In this document: one piece after another, positions 1-11,849 of the stretch
How positions within the stretch are numbered: position 1 is the stretch's first letter
Layout of the letters: each line of letters begins with the position of its first letter
DNA from: Camelus dromedarius
Taxonomy: Eukaryota
Reading direction: 5' to 3'
DNA length: 64,000 bases
NCBI RefSeq assembly: GCF_036321535.1
Contig: NC_087436.1
Coordinates: 42,658,001 to 42,722,000, forward strand
The notes under the pieces: generated by a model
The model's database searches: none
The model's input: the letters and a program-made list of their open reading frames with translations, nothing else
Told to the model about the DNA's origin: nothing
Made by a program: the position numbers and the translations under genes

Positions 1-184
1 CAGTAGGATCCAGTGTCCAGTGGACAAAAATGGATAAAAATTCTTATTGCTTGTACAGGTTACATTCTAGCTGAGTGACACAGACAATAAATAATAAATC
101 TAACTGATAAGTAAATTATATACTTTAAAGTAGCATGAAAAAGAAAGAGTAGATCAAGATAAGGGGAGAGTTTATTCAATACCA

Positions 185-330
185 AGTTTACCCATCCATT
201 CATTCAACATTTGATACATGCCACACATAATGATTTATGCTGGGATATGGTGGCAAGCAAAATCAGAGTCCCAGTCTTCAGGTAGTGCACATGCTCCTGG
301 GAGACACAGCCATCAGTTAAATAACCAAAC
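185..330 (-). mobile_element. L2 LINE 3' fragment
   Basis: CATTCATTCAACATTT (reverse complement of the L2 tail) followed by degenerate L2-like GCTGGGATATGGTGGCAAGCAAAATCAGAGTCCCAGTCTTCAGG. Confidence 0.55.
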
Positions 331-334
331 ACCC

Positions 335-545
335 TTCTGTCCCCCACTCTGCTTCCCTATTTAATCTTTCTCCATAGACTTATCACCCTTTAATATATTT
401 CATATTTTACTTACACATTTTATTTGTTCTCTGGCTCCTCCCACTAGAGTATAAGCTTCTTAAGAAAATAGTTTGTCTGCTCTATTACATCTGTATTGCC
501 AGTATATAAAACAATGCCTGGCTTACAGTCAGCATTCTCTATATA
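335..545 (+). mobile_element. L2 LINE 3' end
   Basis: CTCCTCCCACTAGAGTATAAGCTTCT...ACAATGCCTGGCTTACAGTCAGCATTC resembles the L2a 3' terminus. Confidence 0.65.
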
Positions 546-1017
546 TATATATAGGTATATATACATTTTGAGTGAATAGATAAAATAATCACAAATATCC
601 ATATGTTCAGCTACATTTACTTGGGTTTCCATTTTCCAATGTTGTATAGAAATTTCATTGTTGACAAATAGAACTGGTCATCCCTAATAGGACTCCTCAT
701 AATAATAGCAATAATGTGAAAAGCAGAAATTTCTGGCATTAGAAAAAACTAACTTGAATAATGTATAGTTACAGGAACAGAGTGTTATAGCAAAAGCCAA
801 GCAAAACTCACACAAAATTGAGAGCAAATTTTATTTATATAATCTTTATTACTTAACAGGGTAGAAAATTATTCTGACATTACTTTGAATATAACGGAAT
901 ACAGTAGTTTGAGAGTTTCCAGAAAGGAGAAATGGGAACTCAAATTGTAAATGATTTTTGTAGCAAGCCATAAAAGGGAAATATATAAATAACAAATAAA
1001 TCTCTATGTCTTCATAG

Positions 1018-1111
1018 AATTATGAAGCCAAATGGACTATATCTCACATCCTTGAGTATCTTATTACAAAGCTCTACAACTTGGCAGAGGAAGAATTCTA
1101 CTTCTTTAAAG
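1018..1111 (+). other. candidate internal exon (94 nt), gene unidentified
   Basis: Acceptor TCTCTATGTCTTCATAG ends at 1017; donor AAAG|GTAAGT at 1111/1112; two of three frames open (NYEAKWTISHILEYLITKLYNLAEEEFYFFK or IMKPNGLYLTSLSILLQSSTTWQRKNSTSLK); not in a recognised repeat. Confidence 0.3.
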
Positions 1112-1948
1112 GTAAGTTTTTCTTAAGCATTTTAGTGATTGTAACTTCTTTGTGAAGTCCATTGACTCATTGATCAGATATGACATTATAAAACACATGC
1201 CACCAAAATATTGTCCTTGAGATTTAGTCATACTTGACCATATTTACTTGATTTTCCATTTCATATCTATGATTTGAAATCTCTTTCCTCTAAAATTTGC
1301 TACAATCCTTTAATATTCATTGTCAATTGGGTTATGCAATTTTGGATAAAATAAATCCCAACAACTGAAAAGTTTCAAGGAAATAACATATGCTCATTAA
1401 AAATGTCTGTGTATTTACTCTTTGGAGAAATTCTTTGGGTGATAATTATAAGTGAAGAGCATCTTATCAAATGAATCAAATAAAAGTAAAATTTATCTTT
1501 CAGAATAAAAATCTAAAAACAATTTTCAAAATGACATATTAATCTCTCTGGAAATAATACTTTAAGAATTAAAGTTTCTTCAGCTTTGAGTTGTGAATGA
1601 CTGGGAAATACTTTGAACTGAACACCTAAACTATGAGAAAGAATGTTCTTATAACCAAAGTTAAAAAAATAAAACAAAACCTTGATTTTACTTAATAATC
1701 TAAAACTGTATCTTCTCATGTCACCATCACCAGAACTTCCAGAGGCTCCTTTTCAACAAAAATGGTAGCATAACTCACTAGTCATGGAGACCCATCCCGT
1801 CTCTCATACATGTCCCACTAACATTTCTCTATTTTAAGATTTTCCTGCTTGGAATAATCAATCTCTAGCACCTAGGAGGAGGGAATTTTAAGCATATAAC
1901 ACCTACATTAATTTCTACTACACATTCAGATTTAATAGCAACAAAACA

Positions 1949-2415
1949 TAGGGGTTCAGAGCATGTCACCCCAAAATATGCCCCCTTGGCATATTGGTTG
2001 TTTTGAGTGAGTAAAAGGCACTTTGAAAACAGCAGATCAAGCAGCACTTTGACCTTCTTTTTTCTACCAGAAAGGAGGAGATAAAAATCCCAGGTGAAAG
2101 GTGCCCTCTCTATACCAAGAGGAAAAAAGATGTTCTTATCACCAGAGACAGAAAGTCAAGGCTGAGAGAAATCTTTACAAAGTAACTTGTTAAACTAACC
2201 CTCATCTTTCTAGTCACTTTTCCACAACTCACTACCCTAGCCCAAACCCCTCCGCCTTGTCATGCCCTCACAATTTACCATCTTTTGTCCAACCTAGGAC
2301 ATAAGCATTCAGCTCTAATTGCTTCTCTGGATCTTTATTTTCCTAGGACGGTGCCCATGTATATGTAAAAATAAAATGTACAGTCTTTTTGTTAAACTTG
2401 TTTTTCTTTTCTTCA
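1949..2415 (+). mobile_element. ERV1-class LTR, MER34/MER39-like
   Basis: Starts TAGGGGTTCAGAGCATGTCACCCCAAAATATGCCCCCTTGGCATATTGGTTGTTTTGAG, typical of MER34-group 5' ends; AATAAA near 2370; 3' end eroded. Confidence 0.65.
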
Positions 2416-3448
2416 AGTTTTGCTCAGAGTCCTAAGGGTTAACTAGCATTTCAAAGATTACAGTCACAGATGCCGGCGTAAGCTATTATCTCAGTGCTGG
2501 GAGAATTGGCTGCAGTGACAGGCGAGGTGAGAGGGATCAGTGGAGAGATTCTTCCCTTATGTTTTTTCCTTTGGCTCCATGCCTGTGGACCTCCCAGCAC
2601 CTGGGCTGTGGCTAGACTGTTTCTTCCTGTCCTCTCACGTAGAACTATGGCTCCATATTTTACATTCTTGGCACCTTTATTATCCATCTCTTAGCCCCAC
2701 ACCCTTCCTGCCCTTGCGCTAGGCACATAGACACCTGTACCAACATATTAACGTTTGAATCCCTCTCCTCCTGAAGTTCCCTAGCAGAAAGGGATGGGTG
2801 TATAGAGCTACCCCTATCTGCTGGTGTTAAGAAGTCCTGAGCACCACTCCTAAACCTTAAGGCAGCCGAAATCCAAGCAGAAGGGGAATGGGCCATCAGG
2901 AGAAGCAGACAAAGTGTTTCCATACAAATAAGTGAGCTCTATCTTCTTTCAAGTTCAAACAGCTCAACAGCTGCAATGCCCATAACCTTGTTTTAGTTTT
3001 GGGAACTAAATCAATGCTTCCCCTCCTGTTTGGAGGATAGAGCAATAAACAAAGTAACTTCTACTGTTTCTGACCTATGTAAAGCCCAGCTTTGGGGATT
3101 CCTGCTCTGTCTCATCTAGTGTAGAGGAGAGCAACAGAGATTTCTAACATTCTCTACCACCTATAGCCCAATTTCAGGAATGCCTAGACCCTTTCTTCCT
3201 TTGCCTAGAAGAGAGAGCAAACACCAAAAGCAATATTTAGGCTGCTTGTTCCAATCCTACCTTCCAGTCCTCAGCCAACAAATGTCTTTCAATCCTTTCA
3301 ACATGTCTACTACTTGTTTCTGTGGACTTCTCTCAAATCCTCTGAGCCTATGGGGTTCTCCTCTGCTTCTTCCAGTGAACCATGTTTCAAACAGGAAGCC
3401 ATCCTTGTCAGCAAAATTGATACATTTTTACTGTCTCTATTTCTTCAT

Positions 3449-4265
3449 TGTCAACCTAAAAGCAATCATGAAGCTGCTAGAGCAGAGATCAGAGTCATTG
3501 TCATTGCCATTACTGACTACAGTGACTACACCAGTTTCCTTCCATTAGGGTTACCTGAATCCGTGTCTCCCTAACTGCGATTCCTAACATTCCTGAGCCT
3601 AGACTTGGGTCCGCTCACCTGAAGTGCAGCAAGGCCATTCTACTGACACTGGGTTGTAGTGAAAGAAAATACAGTGTGTATTTGCAAAGCACCAAGCAAG
3701 GAGAATGGGCAGCTTGTATTCAAAAGACCTGAACTCTCCAGTGGTTTTCAGGGAAGGGTTTTCAAAGGCAGTGTGAGGGAGGTGGCTGCAGGGTACACAA
3801 TCAGCTTGTGCTCAGTTCTCAGATCGGTTGACATTCAGGTGAAGTTTTGAGCATCATCAATCTTCTAGTTTCAACTGGTCAGGGGTCTACATATTTTTGG
3901 CCAGCAATTTCCACCTGTTGAGGGTTTGGTTTTTGTAAAAACAGCTTAGGAATGTGTGTCAGACCTTTATCTGTATCTTTCAGGGAACTGGGAGTTTGGC
4001 GACTCTGCTATGTGGTTGATTTATAGTCTAGATTGTTACCAGTTTCCACAACCAACAGCTATTCTTTGTTTCTATATGTTCACATTTCCTGATTATTAAC
4101 TCTTGAACCATAATGTGAGACTCAGAGGGAGGCCTGAGAGACTAAAGCAAAAGCCTTTCACTTCAAAAGATGAGGATATAGGGGACTTCTATACAATTTC
4201 ATTAAGACCCCAAATAAAGTCTTTTCTTATCTGCAGTCTCCTGCATTATTTACTTTTGGCTGACA
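3449..4265 (+). mobile_element. short, probably internally deleted ERV1-class LTR split by a nested LTR (host pieces 3449-3587 and 4202-4265)
   Basis: Imperfect inverted termini TGTCAACCTAAAA / TTTTGGCTGACA; removing 3588-4201 rejoins CTGAATCCGTGTCTCCCTAACTGCGATTCCTAA with GACCCCAAATAAA, an LTR polyA-signal region. Confidence 0.5.
3588..4201 (-). mobile_element. ERV1-class solo LTR nested in an older LTR
   Basis: GACTTGGGTCCGCTCACC...CTACTGACACTGGGTTGTAGTGAAAG...CACCAAGCAAGGAGAATGGGCAGC resembles an artiodactyl ERV1 LTR in reverse; ends ...TTTCA; 4-bp TSD CTAA (3584-3587) / TTAA (4202-4205) with one mismatch. Confidence 0.75.
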
Positions 4266-7064
4266 GTAGGAATGTCTACTGTGTGCTTACCCTATGACAC
4301 AGCAATTCCACTCCCAGATATTTACCCAAATCCAGTGATAAAACCGATATATTCCTAGCAAAGTGTCTTGCACACTGAAGCATTAAATTAATGTTGAATA
4401 CAGAACAAAAAAGTTCTAATATAATCATTCAGTATTTTAAATCTTTTTTCCTACCATGTTAACCAGCCTGTGGGAATTAGTGGGACCTAAATAAACATCT
4501 CCCCCATTACATGTCACAGATGACTGTCACCAGGCGTCTTGCCAACTGGTTTCTTTCAACTGATTGAAGCTGTATGTAACTAATTTTTAATTATTTAAAT
4601 CCAACTTCTTTAAAATTAAATCATGAAACTGAGGCAATGTGAATGATATATTGAGTGGTCAGTGCAATTAAATCTGTATATGCATTTCATTCACAATTGA
4701 TTCATGTTTAATAATCATGATTCAAACTCAATTCTAACCAAAATTGCTAATAAATATAAACAAAGAGGCATGTATATATGCATGTATGGCTTTCTGATTA
4801 TATAATACTTGACTAAGAAAACATAGATTCCCTTCAGATCCCTTTCTGTTGTTCTTATCTTTTCAGTGCCTGTCCTGATTCTCTGCCCTGCCCTACTCCA
4901 CCACTGCTACTGTTTCTCCTGCCATTTCTTTATTTCCTACTCCTCTGTCTCTTTTCTCCTTCTCACACTTACCTTTCCTTCCTCAACTTTCAATAAATAC
5001 ATAATGTATTTAATATCTCTAAAAACTAAGCAAACCCACTCCCTGAAATTTAATATTAACTCCTGTTAGTTCTGTGTTCCTATCTTTAAAAAAGTCTTTG
5101 AGCAAACTTTCATATTAGGATGTGCTGTTCCAAATTGCCATTTAAGTTCCAACCTAAAAAAAGAGTGAAAAAGACTACTGACTGAAATTTGTCTTTTTAC
5201 CTACAGTCAAAGGTAGTGATCATATTTCAACAATAGATAACTTTATTTACTATTACCAGGTTCACAACTATCTTTGTATATATTTTTATATTTAATTATA
5301 ATCACATAATCATATAATGTTTGCTTGAATTATGGTTCCAGAACAAATTACAACTATTACTATTAAATAAGGAAATGTGTTTGCAGCTCAAAAGTTTGTC
5401 TTGCTATATTTCCTAGTGGAAAAAGTAATACACTGGCAGGATATTAACTAATTTTCAGTGGATTCACATTATTACTATGCATGATAAAACTGTAAGCAAG
5501 GCTCTGCTTTGTAGATTATGAATTGTTAAATATTTATATTATTTCTATTTGCCTGAATTATCAATATTTTTATGTTTATGATCACTTTTGTAAGTAAAAT
5601 TAATGTAAGATTTAAGTACTTATGAACAAAAGAAATGAATCGCCATTTTCTATTAAACTGCATTAATTCTTCTAAGCAAAAAGTAGTTTAATAAATTATA
5701 TCCTACTAACTCTGAGCATTGATACATTTATTAAATACCTAATAGGCTGTTACAGGGCAATTTTAGTTACTATATTGAATTATTTTAAATTGTCTTAAGT
5801 TGACTAGTAACTTTAAAGAAACCATAGCTATTTTGAGTTACCTAATTCTACCTCTAAATTTCACCTAGCTCTTCCTATTAAAAACAAAGTTAGAGTTTCA
5901 ATACACTTCAGATTATTAATACATTATAGTCCTTCTTTTCTCTCTAAACATCATTTGGCCATTTTTTCCACCATGAATTATTTTGTTTCCTTTAAAATTT
6001 TTAAATAAATCTTGGGGTTTTTTAAATCAATATGGAAATATTCTAATTTCCTTATAATTTGTTATTAATACTAATTTACTTCATAATTTATTTGCCCTTT
6101 AAAACATCTTTCTCTTTTGACATTTTTCTTTAAAATCTTTTTGTAAGCTGCCAGTTGAGCTGAGACATTTCATCAGCTGATTTTGATGCTGCACATGCTC
6201 GTGAAATACTGCCACGTAAATCTTTGAAAATTTCGTCTGTCAGTGCTTGTCTTTTCTCTTACACTAAAAAGTATTTTGCACACTAAATACATGCAAAATA
6301 TGAATTTCTGAAATCTGACTTCCAAAACCTTTTAATTTCACGGAGTGAAGGAACTTGAACCTATAGATTTCAGCTACTGTTTAAATGTTCTAATATCTCT
6401 TTATCTTACAAAATGTATTATTGATATTGCTACTATTACTGTTTATTAAGTCTTTTTAAAACCTTGTCATATCCTTTAAGATATGAATATGCCTAATAAA
6501 TAATGAGCAATATGATCGAATTTGCCACATTAAAACCATTCACCTAGTTCTCACCTCACACTCACAGTATGTGTTGTCTTAGAAATTCTCCAGGAATCAA
6601 GAATTAAACCAGTGTTACTGAGTGAACTTCCTACAATTGTGTGTGAAAAGAGAATAAATGCCTGTTTCATAGAAAATATTGATAACTTCATTTTATTTAC
6701 TTTACTACCTTTCTCTTAATGAGAAAACCAGTCTTAATACATAAGTGGAAGAAAAATAGATAGAAGCTTCACATTGCTGGTGTATATCCTCTACAGAGGG
6801 AAAAACCCCCCAAAATTGTATTACTAAGATCCAAGTCCTTAATTTTTTGGTTTTTTAAATTATTTTGCAGGATGAGAAACATGAGAACTTTGTAGGAGAG
6901 CTATGTTCTCTTAGAGCAACCATTTGTATAGGGCCTTAATTTCCTAAAAGAGAGAAGTTTGGACTAAATCAAAGCAAGGCAGTAAAAGGCAAAACTGATT
7001 TTTCACAAATTATACTGTTTAAAAATATATGTCACTCATTTCCTTAAACTTGACAAATCCCTCA

Positions 7065-7097
7065 TGAGTCTCACCTGACTCTCACCTGAGTCTCACT
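7065..7097. repeat. 11-bp tandem repeat x3 (TGASTCTCACY)
   Basis: TGAGTCTCACC TGACTCTCACC TGAGTCTCACT. Confidence 0.85.
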
Positions 7098-7469
7098 TCA
7101 TCCTTTGGCTGTAGGTGGTTAACAGAACAACAAACAATAAACCGTCTGAAATCAAATAATGAGGTAATCCTCCCTTCTCCTTTCAATTCCTCATACTTAC
7201 TCTCAAGCCTGGAGAGACCCAGGGAAAGTTGTTGTTCCTATTTGTTTATAAAATATAAAGTGATGTGTGCATAATAACAAATAATAATACAATATTATTA
7301 TTATTACTATAAATAGTAGAAGTTTATTATTATTTATTACTCTTAATAACAGAAGTACAGGCTAAGAGGCATATCATTGTTAAACACATTATAAGAAGTG
7401 TTAGCTGAAACTCCTTGGAGCTCATGAATAGATTAAAGTGTTTTTGAAACTGTCATAAGTGACTCTAAA

Positions 7470-7620
7470 GCAAACCTAGGACTAACAGGTTGAAATTACT
7501 GAGAGGCAAATTTTAGCTTAATATAAGCAAGAACTTTCTAGCAATTAGTTCTGCCTTCAGTGGAACGTGGTAGACTTGGAAGACACCATGCTTCCTATTA
7601 CTGAAAGAAATCTAATAGAA
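7470..7620 (+). mobile_element. L3/CR1 LINE 3' fragment
   Basis: GAGAGGCAAATTTTAGCTTAATATAAGCAAGAACTTTCTAGCAATTAG...CAGTGGAAC resembles the L3 end-of-ORF2 motif. Confidence 0.6.
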
Positions 7621-10600
7621 GTGGAATCATTATATGTGAGGGACGTATCCAGATTCCACGTGTTAATTAGAGCCAGGAGAGTCATCCAGAGCCCAGACTG
7701 CTACAATAGTCTGGATCTAAAGCCACCTTACACAGACAACCAGAAAAATGACCTCCCGCAGTTTCCCAGTGCAAGGTTCTTTCCCAGCAGTGATTCTAAT
7801 GATGTGCATATGTGCGTACATGATTTATTTATTTCCCTGACTTCAACTGAAATCAGTAGAAAAAACAACAGGTTTGTGCCATTCTCAGACGCTTGTGAGC
7901 ATAGAGGTTCCACTTCTCCCTCTGGGACATCACTCGAATGTTCTCTCTCATGACTTCATCTTTTGTTGATGGTGTACACCTGTTCCAAACTCGCTTCCAA
8001 CCCTGTTTCCAAGGGAGATAGGGCTACCTCTATTTATGATTTACTTCATGTTCATGTGGTTTTCTCATTATAATCTCTTAGCATAAGAAGACACACCTGT
8101 TGCCAAGGCAACCTAAATGCACGATTTGTTTCCACGCCACTGGGTCAAAGTCCCTCTGTGTTCTTGGTTGGACTCATTTTTGTATCATTAAAATGCAAGC
8201 ATTCTGCAGTTTCCCTCATGTTAATTTTCCTGGGTTTTTTTTACAAGGTCTTGTTGATTTGTATTCTTTCCCTTTGATTTACTGACATTTTATTTTTCTT
8301 AACTAATTCAAATACATTTCCCCACCTTGAAAACAAGACATTTTCCCATCTTTTACGTATGTTTGTCTCAACATTTTTATCTCCATTAAAAAATAAAGAA
8401 GGATCAACTTCTGTATCTTAAAAATCTATCATTGATCAAAACTTTAGTGTCTGTCTCAAATAGTTGAGATTAATATATTGCACTTTTTATTCAAGTATTA
8501 GAAGCCTATATGAGGATTATAATCACTTTTTAACTTGTGCTGTCTTCATTTCATCACAGAATCATGTGTCTTTTAACATGATTAACGTGCTTAAATTGAC
8601 TATTATCATTTTTTCCTTTTTAATGTTAAAGTTGATATCCTGGGCCCATGGAAGTCCTCTCACAAACTAGCCTCTTTTCCTTTTTTTTCATACTACCTCA
8701 GATATTTCTGAAAGCATCCTTGTTTTTGATAACATTAAGATATTTTAAGTCCATTCTTATTTTTCCAATCTTAAAAGGTAGCGTCATCTGTATTTCAAGA
8801 AGTTCTGGTTTTCTTTTAGAGAAGAATATTTGAAGCCATAATGTTGACATTAAATCATGCATTAGACCATTTCATGTGATTTCAAGAGGCAGAAAGAGTG
8901 ACACCAGAGAACCCAAGAAGTGTCTGCTTGCATCATTAACGCATATTGAATATTGGAAGAGAAAAGTATGTTCACAAATAACATAATGAAGCATAATATT
9001 TTAGCTTTTTCAAAATGATGGAAATGTTAAATAGTTTACAAAAGTGAAATTTTATAGCAGTGATTTTTTTTTAGCATATTGAAACAAATCATATGCAACA
9101 GTGGAGTTTTCTCAAAAAGAAGGGACAATCAGAAACAATAGTTTTTGCCAATAAAATATTCTGCCTTTTCCCCTTATATATTCAAAACTAAAGAATGCAA
9201 CTTGAGAAACGTTAGAGTTAGTTCTTTTCTATAAATGATAAGAATTTAAAATAGGTAGCTTGGGAAAGAGATTAGAGAACCTATTCTTTCTTATGCATCT
9301 TAACCAGTTAATTATATTTTTTTAAATCAGTAAATGAGGGAAACTTTTTCCATGTTTGCTTTCGAATGATTATAAGGTAACAGACATTTCCAAAATGAAG
9401 TTTTGAGAATGTATCTTGAAGATATATTTCTTCCATAAAATGAAACTTTAAAAAATTATTTCTGTTTTCCAGGGTGTGATTTTGTGGATTTATTAAAAGT
9501 ATCGCTCCTTATTTTAACTGTAAATGGAAACTTTATTTAAACCAATTATTGCCAAATTTCATTCCGCCAGCAGCCATTCAGATGGTGCAGGTGTTTGTGA
9601 TCAGCTCTCCCTGGAGAGCCTAAGTGTCGCATCAGACAAGTCAGTTCATAAACTTCTTAGCTGTGTTTCCAAGAGCTTTACTTCTCCTAATTACATCAAC
9701 TACAAGCGTGCTAAATTTCTTCGTAGATATATGCTGAGCATTACGTCAAAATCAATCTTCATTCATTACAGCCACCCTTTGCTTTTTAATTATTAAGAAG
9801 CTAATCAGTGAATAAGACTATTGTTATACCTTTAAGTTAGGATTTCTTAATTTTTTTTCTAAAGAAATGTAATGGCTTTCAAAGAGGCTAGATGTGACAG
9901 AGATTTGAGTTCTTCTTGAAGGACAAAGTCTGAAAATAACTTAGTATAAAATCAGGAAGAATTTATAAAGAAATAAACATTAAATAAAAACAAACTCAAC
10001 TGATCTTTGGCCATCAGATGAGAAAGTGTGGCCTTGAATCAATTTTTCATTTAATTATACCTTTGGCTGAATATTCTGTGTGGAAGGAACTTGCCTTTTT
10101 CTTATACTAATTTGTATTAAAACTAGATTAAAATGGTCATCCAAATTTTTTATTATTATTGTGCTAATCTGACTAAGCATAGAGAGAGTAGAAATAAGAA
10201 TAGAAAATGAGTTTTCCCTTCAGGCCTTAGTTAGTTTAAGACTCAGAATAAGTCTTGGAAGTATGAAATTGAATATATAAAGGAAATTAGTACCCGAAAA
10301 GTTCTCAGATTGCGTGGCTCTATATCCTATTCATTCTGGACAATTCTGCAAACTAGAATGCTTTCTTATCTATATTTAATTGCACGTAATTTACTTTCAT
10401 TGTGTATTTCTAATGCTATTTATAGTTGGCTGTTATCGCCAACAACCACAGTTGCCCATATTTTAAAACTTGTATTGTTTTACTACAAACATTAGTTTTT
10501 AATATAGTTCAGAGAATTCAATGATCTTTAATGATGCTTGCATAACATTTAGGCAAAGGACAATGTTTGTCTTTGATGATAAGTTATGTTATTAAAACAC

Positions 10601-10779
10601 AGTGTTGTAGAGTCCCAGTGGAAAACTTTCTTACAGTCCCAGAATTAATGCCTTAGAGTCCACAGTCTAACACCAAGTGGTGCAAATATACTTTCCTACT
10701 TTCCCAGAATTAATGTCCAAAATCCACATTCTAAAGTCAAATTCTGAAATCAAAAAACTATCAGGGCCAAACACTTTGC

Positions 10780-11770
10780 AGAGAGGATTGCTGAGAGGCA
10801 CTATTTCAATGCAGTTGGAACCTTCTGCCATCCCAACCCTCCACTTCCCCATATGAAGAGACAGAAGGCTGGAAGTCATCTTTTACAGGAATCAGAGCCG
10901 GTGGAGCAGTTTCCCATACTCCTCTCGTCGATGAGAAGGAGCTTTCAATATATCCTTTCCCATCCTACAAGGTTGAGGATGCCAGACACATTACTCCTTC
11001 CACTAAGTTGTGACGGGTGAGCATCCGTCTTGTGAAAGTTTCTAAGGAACTGAACCAGCGGGGCACTTGCTGCCCTAGACGTAAAGCTGCTGATGACAAA
11101 AGAGAAGGGCAAGAGACCTTATGAAGAGAAACTGCGAGGGGGCACAGCCTGTACTCCTGCTGTGTGTTGTGGGCTATCTGTGTTTCCCACAGTCACTACA
11201 GGTGTCGATTAGACATTGAGTTAATTTACATAGCACTCCCTAAGAGAGCTACAAACTAGGATAGGAATCCCCAACCACAAGAAGTAATGAAGTAAACTTC
11301 TCCTGGCAGAAATGAGGGGTAGTACGTGGTCCAGCCTCAGCTGACTTTCCCAAGCCAGAACTATAAAGGGTGAGTCCCTTAGAGCTTTCCACAGAAAACC
11401 TGCCCATGAGAAAACCAGCATCTGGATGCCTAACACAGAGAAGTAGCTGCAACTGACAGGAAGGGAAGGGCAGTCCACCCATGGAGGATTCTTGGTTTAA
11501 GTAATGGAAGAGCAGTTTCAACGAACAAAGTAAACATCAGCCAATTATTCACAGGTAGTTGTGTATATACATATTTTGACTCTTCTTCCTCACTGCCTCA
11601 ACACCAGCACACTAAAGGCTCAAAGAGGGGCAAGGTTCTGAGAGAATTGTTTGCACTCCCATCATTAAGCACAAATTCCATGTGGCTGGACTCTGGGGAA
11701 GGGAGAGTTTAAACTGATTACACGATTCATGTTCTAAAGTAGACAAGACTACATATTAACAGCCAGTAAC
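10780..11770 (+). mobile_element. probable ancient LTR (LTR78-like), boundaries uncertain
   Basis: About 1 kb GC-richer block ending GGGGAAGGGAGAGTTTAAACTGATTACACGATTCATGTTCTAAAGTAGACAAGACT, reminiscent of LTR78-group elements. Confidence 0.3.
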
Positions 11771-11849
11771 TTGAATTCTTTTTCTTGTGTAAAATACCCA
11801 TGTACATTTCATTTGTGAAAGAAAGTTCTGCCTCATCTGAAATGCTACG

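Noticed and set aside
2416..3448. Possible ERV internal sequence between two LTRs (a provirus)
   Set aside because: The flanking LTRs do not match each other, and I see no primer-binding site or gag/pol/env similarity; left unassigned.
6871..6939. Possible terminal exon DEKHENFVGELCSLRATICIGP* after a TTTTGCAG acceptor
   Set aside because: Acceptor only, early stop, no independent support; such acceptors are frequent in T-rich DNA.
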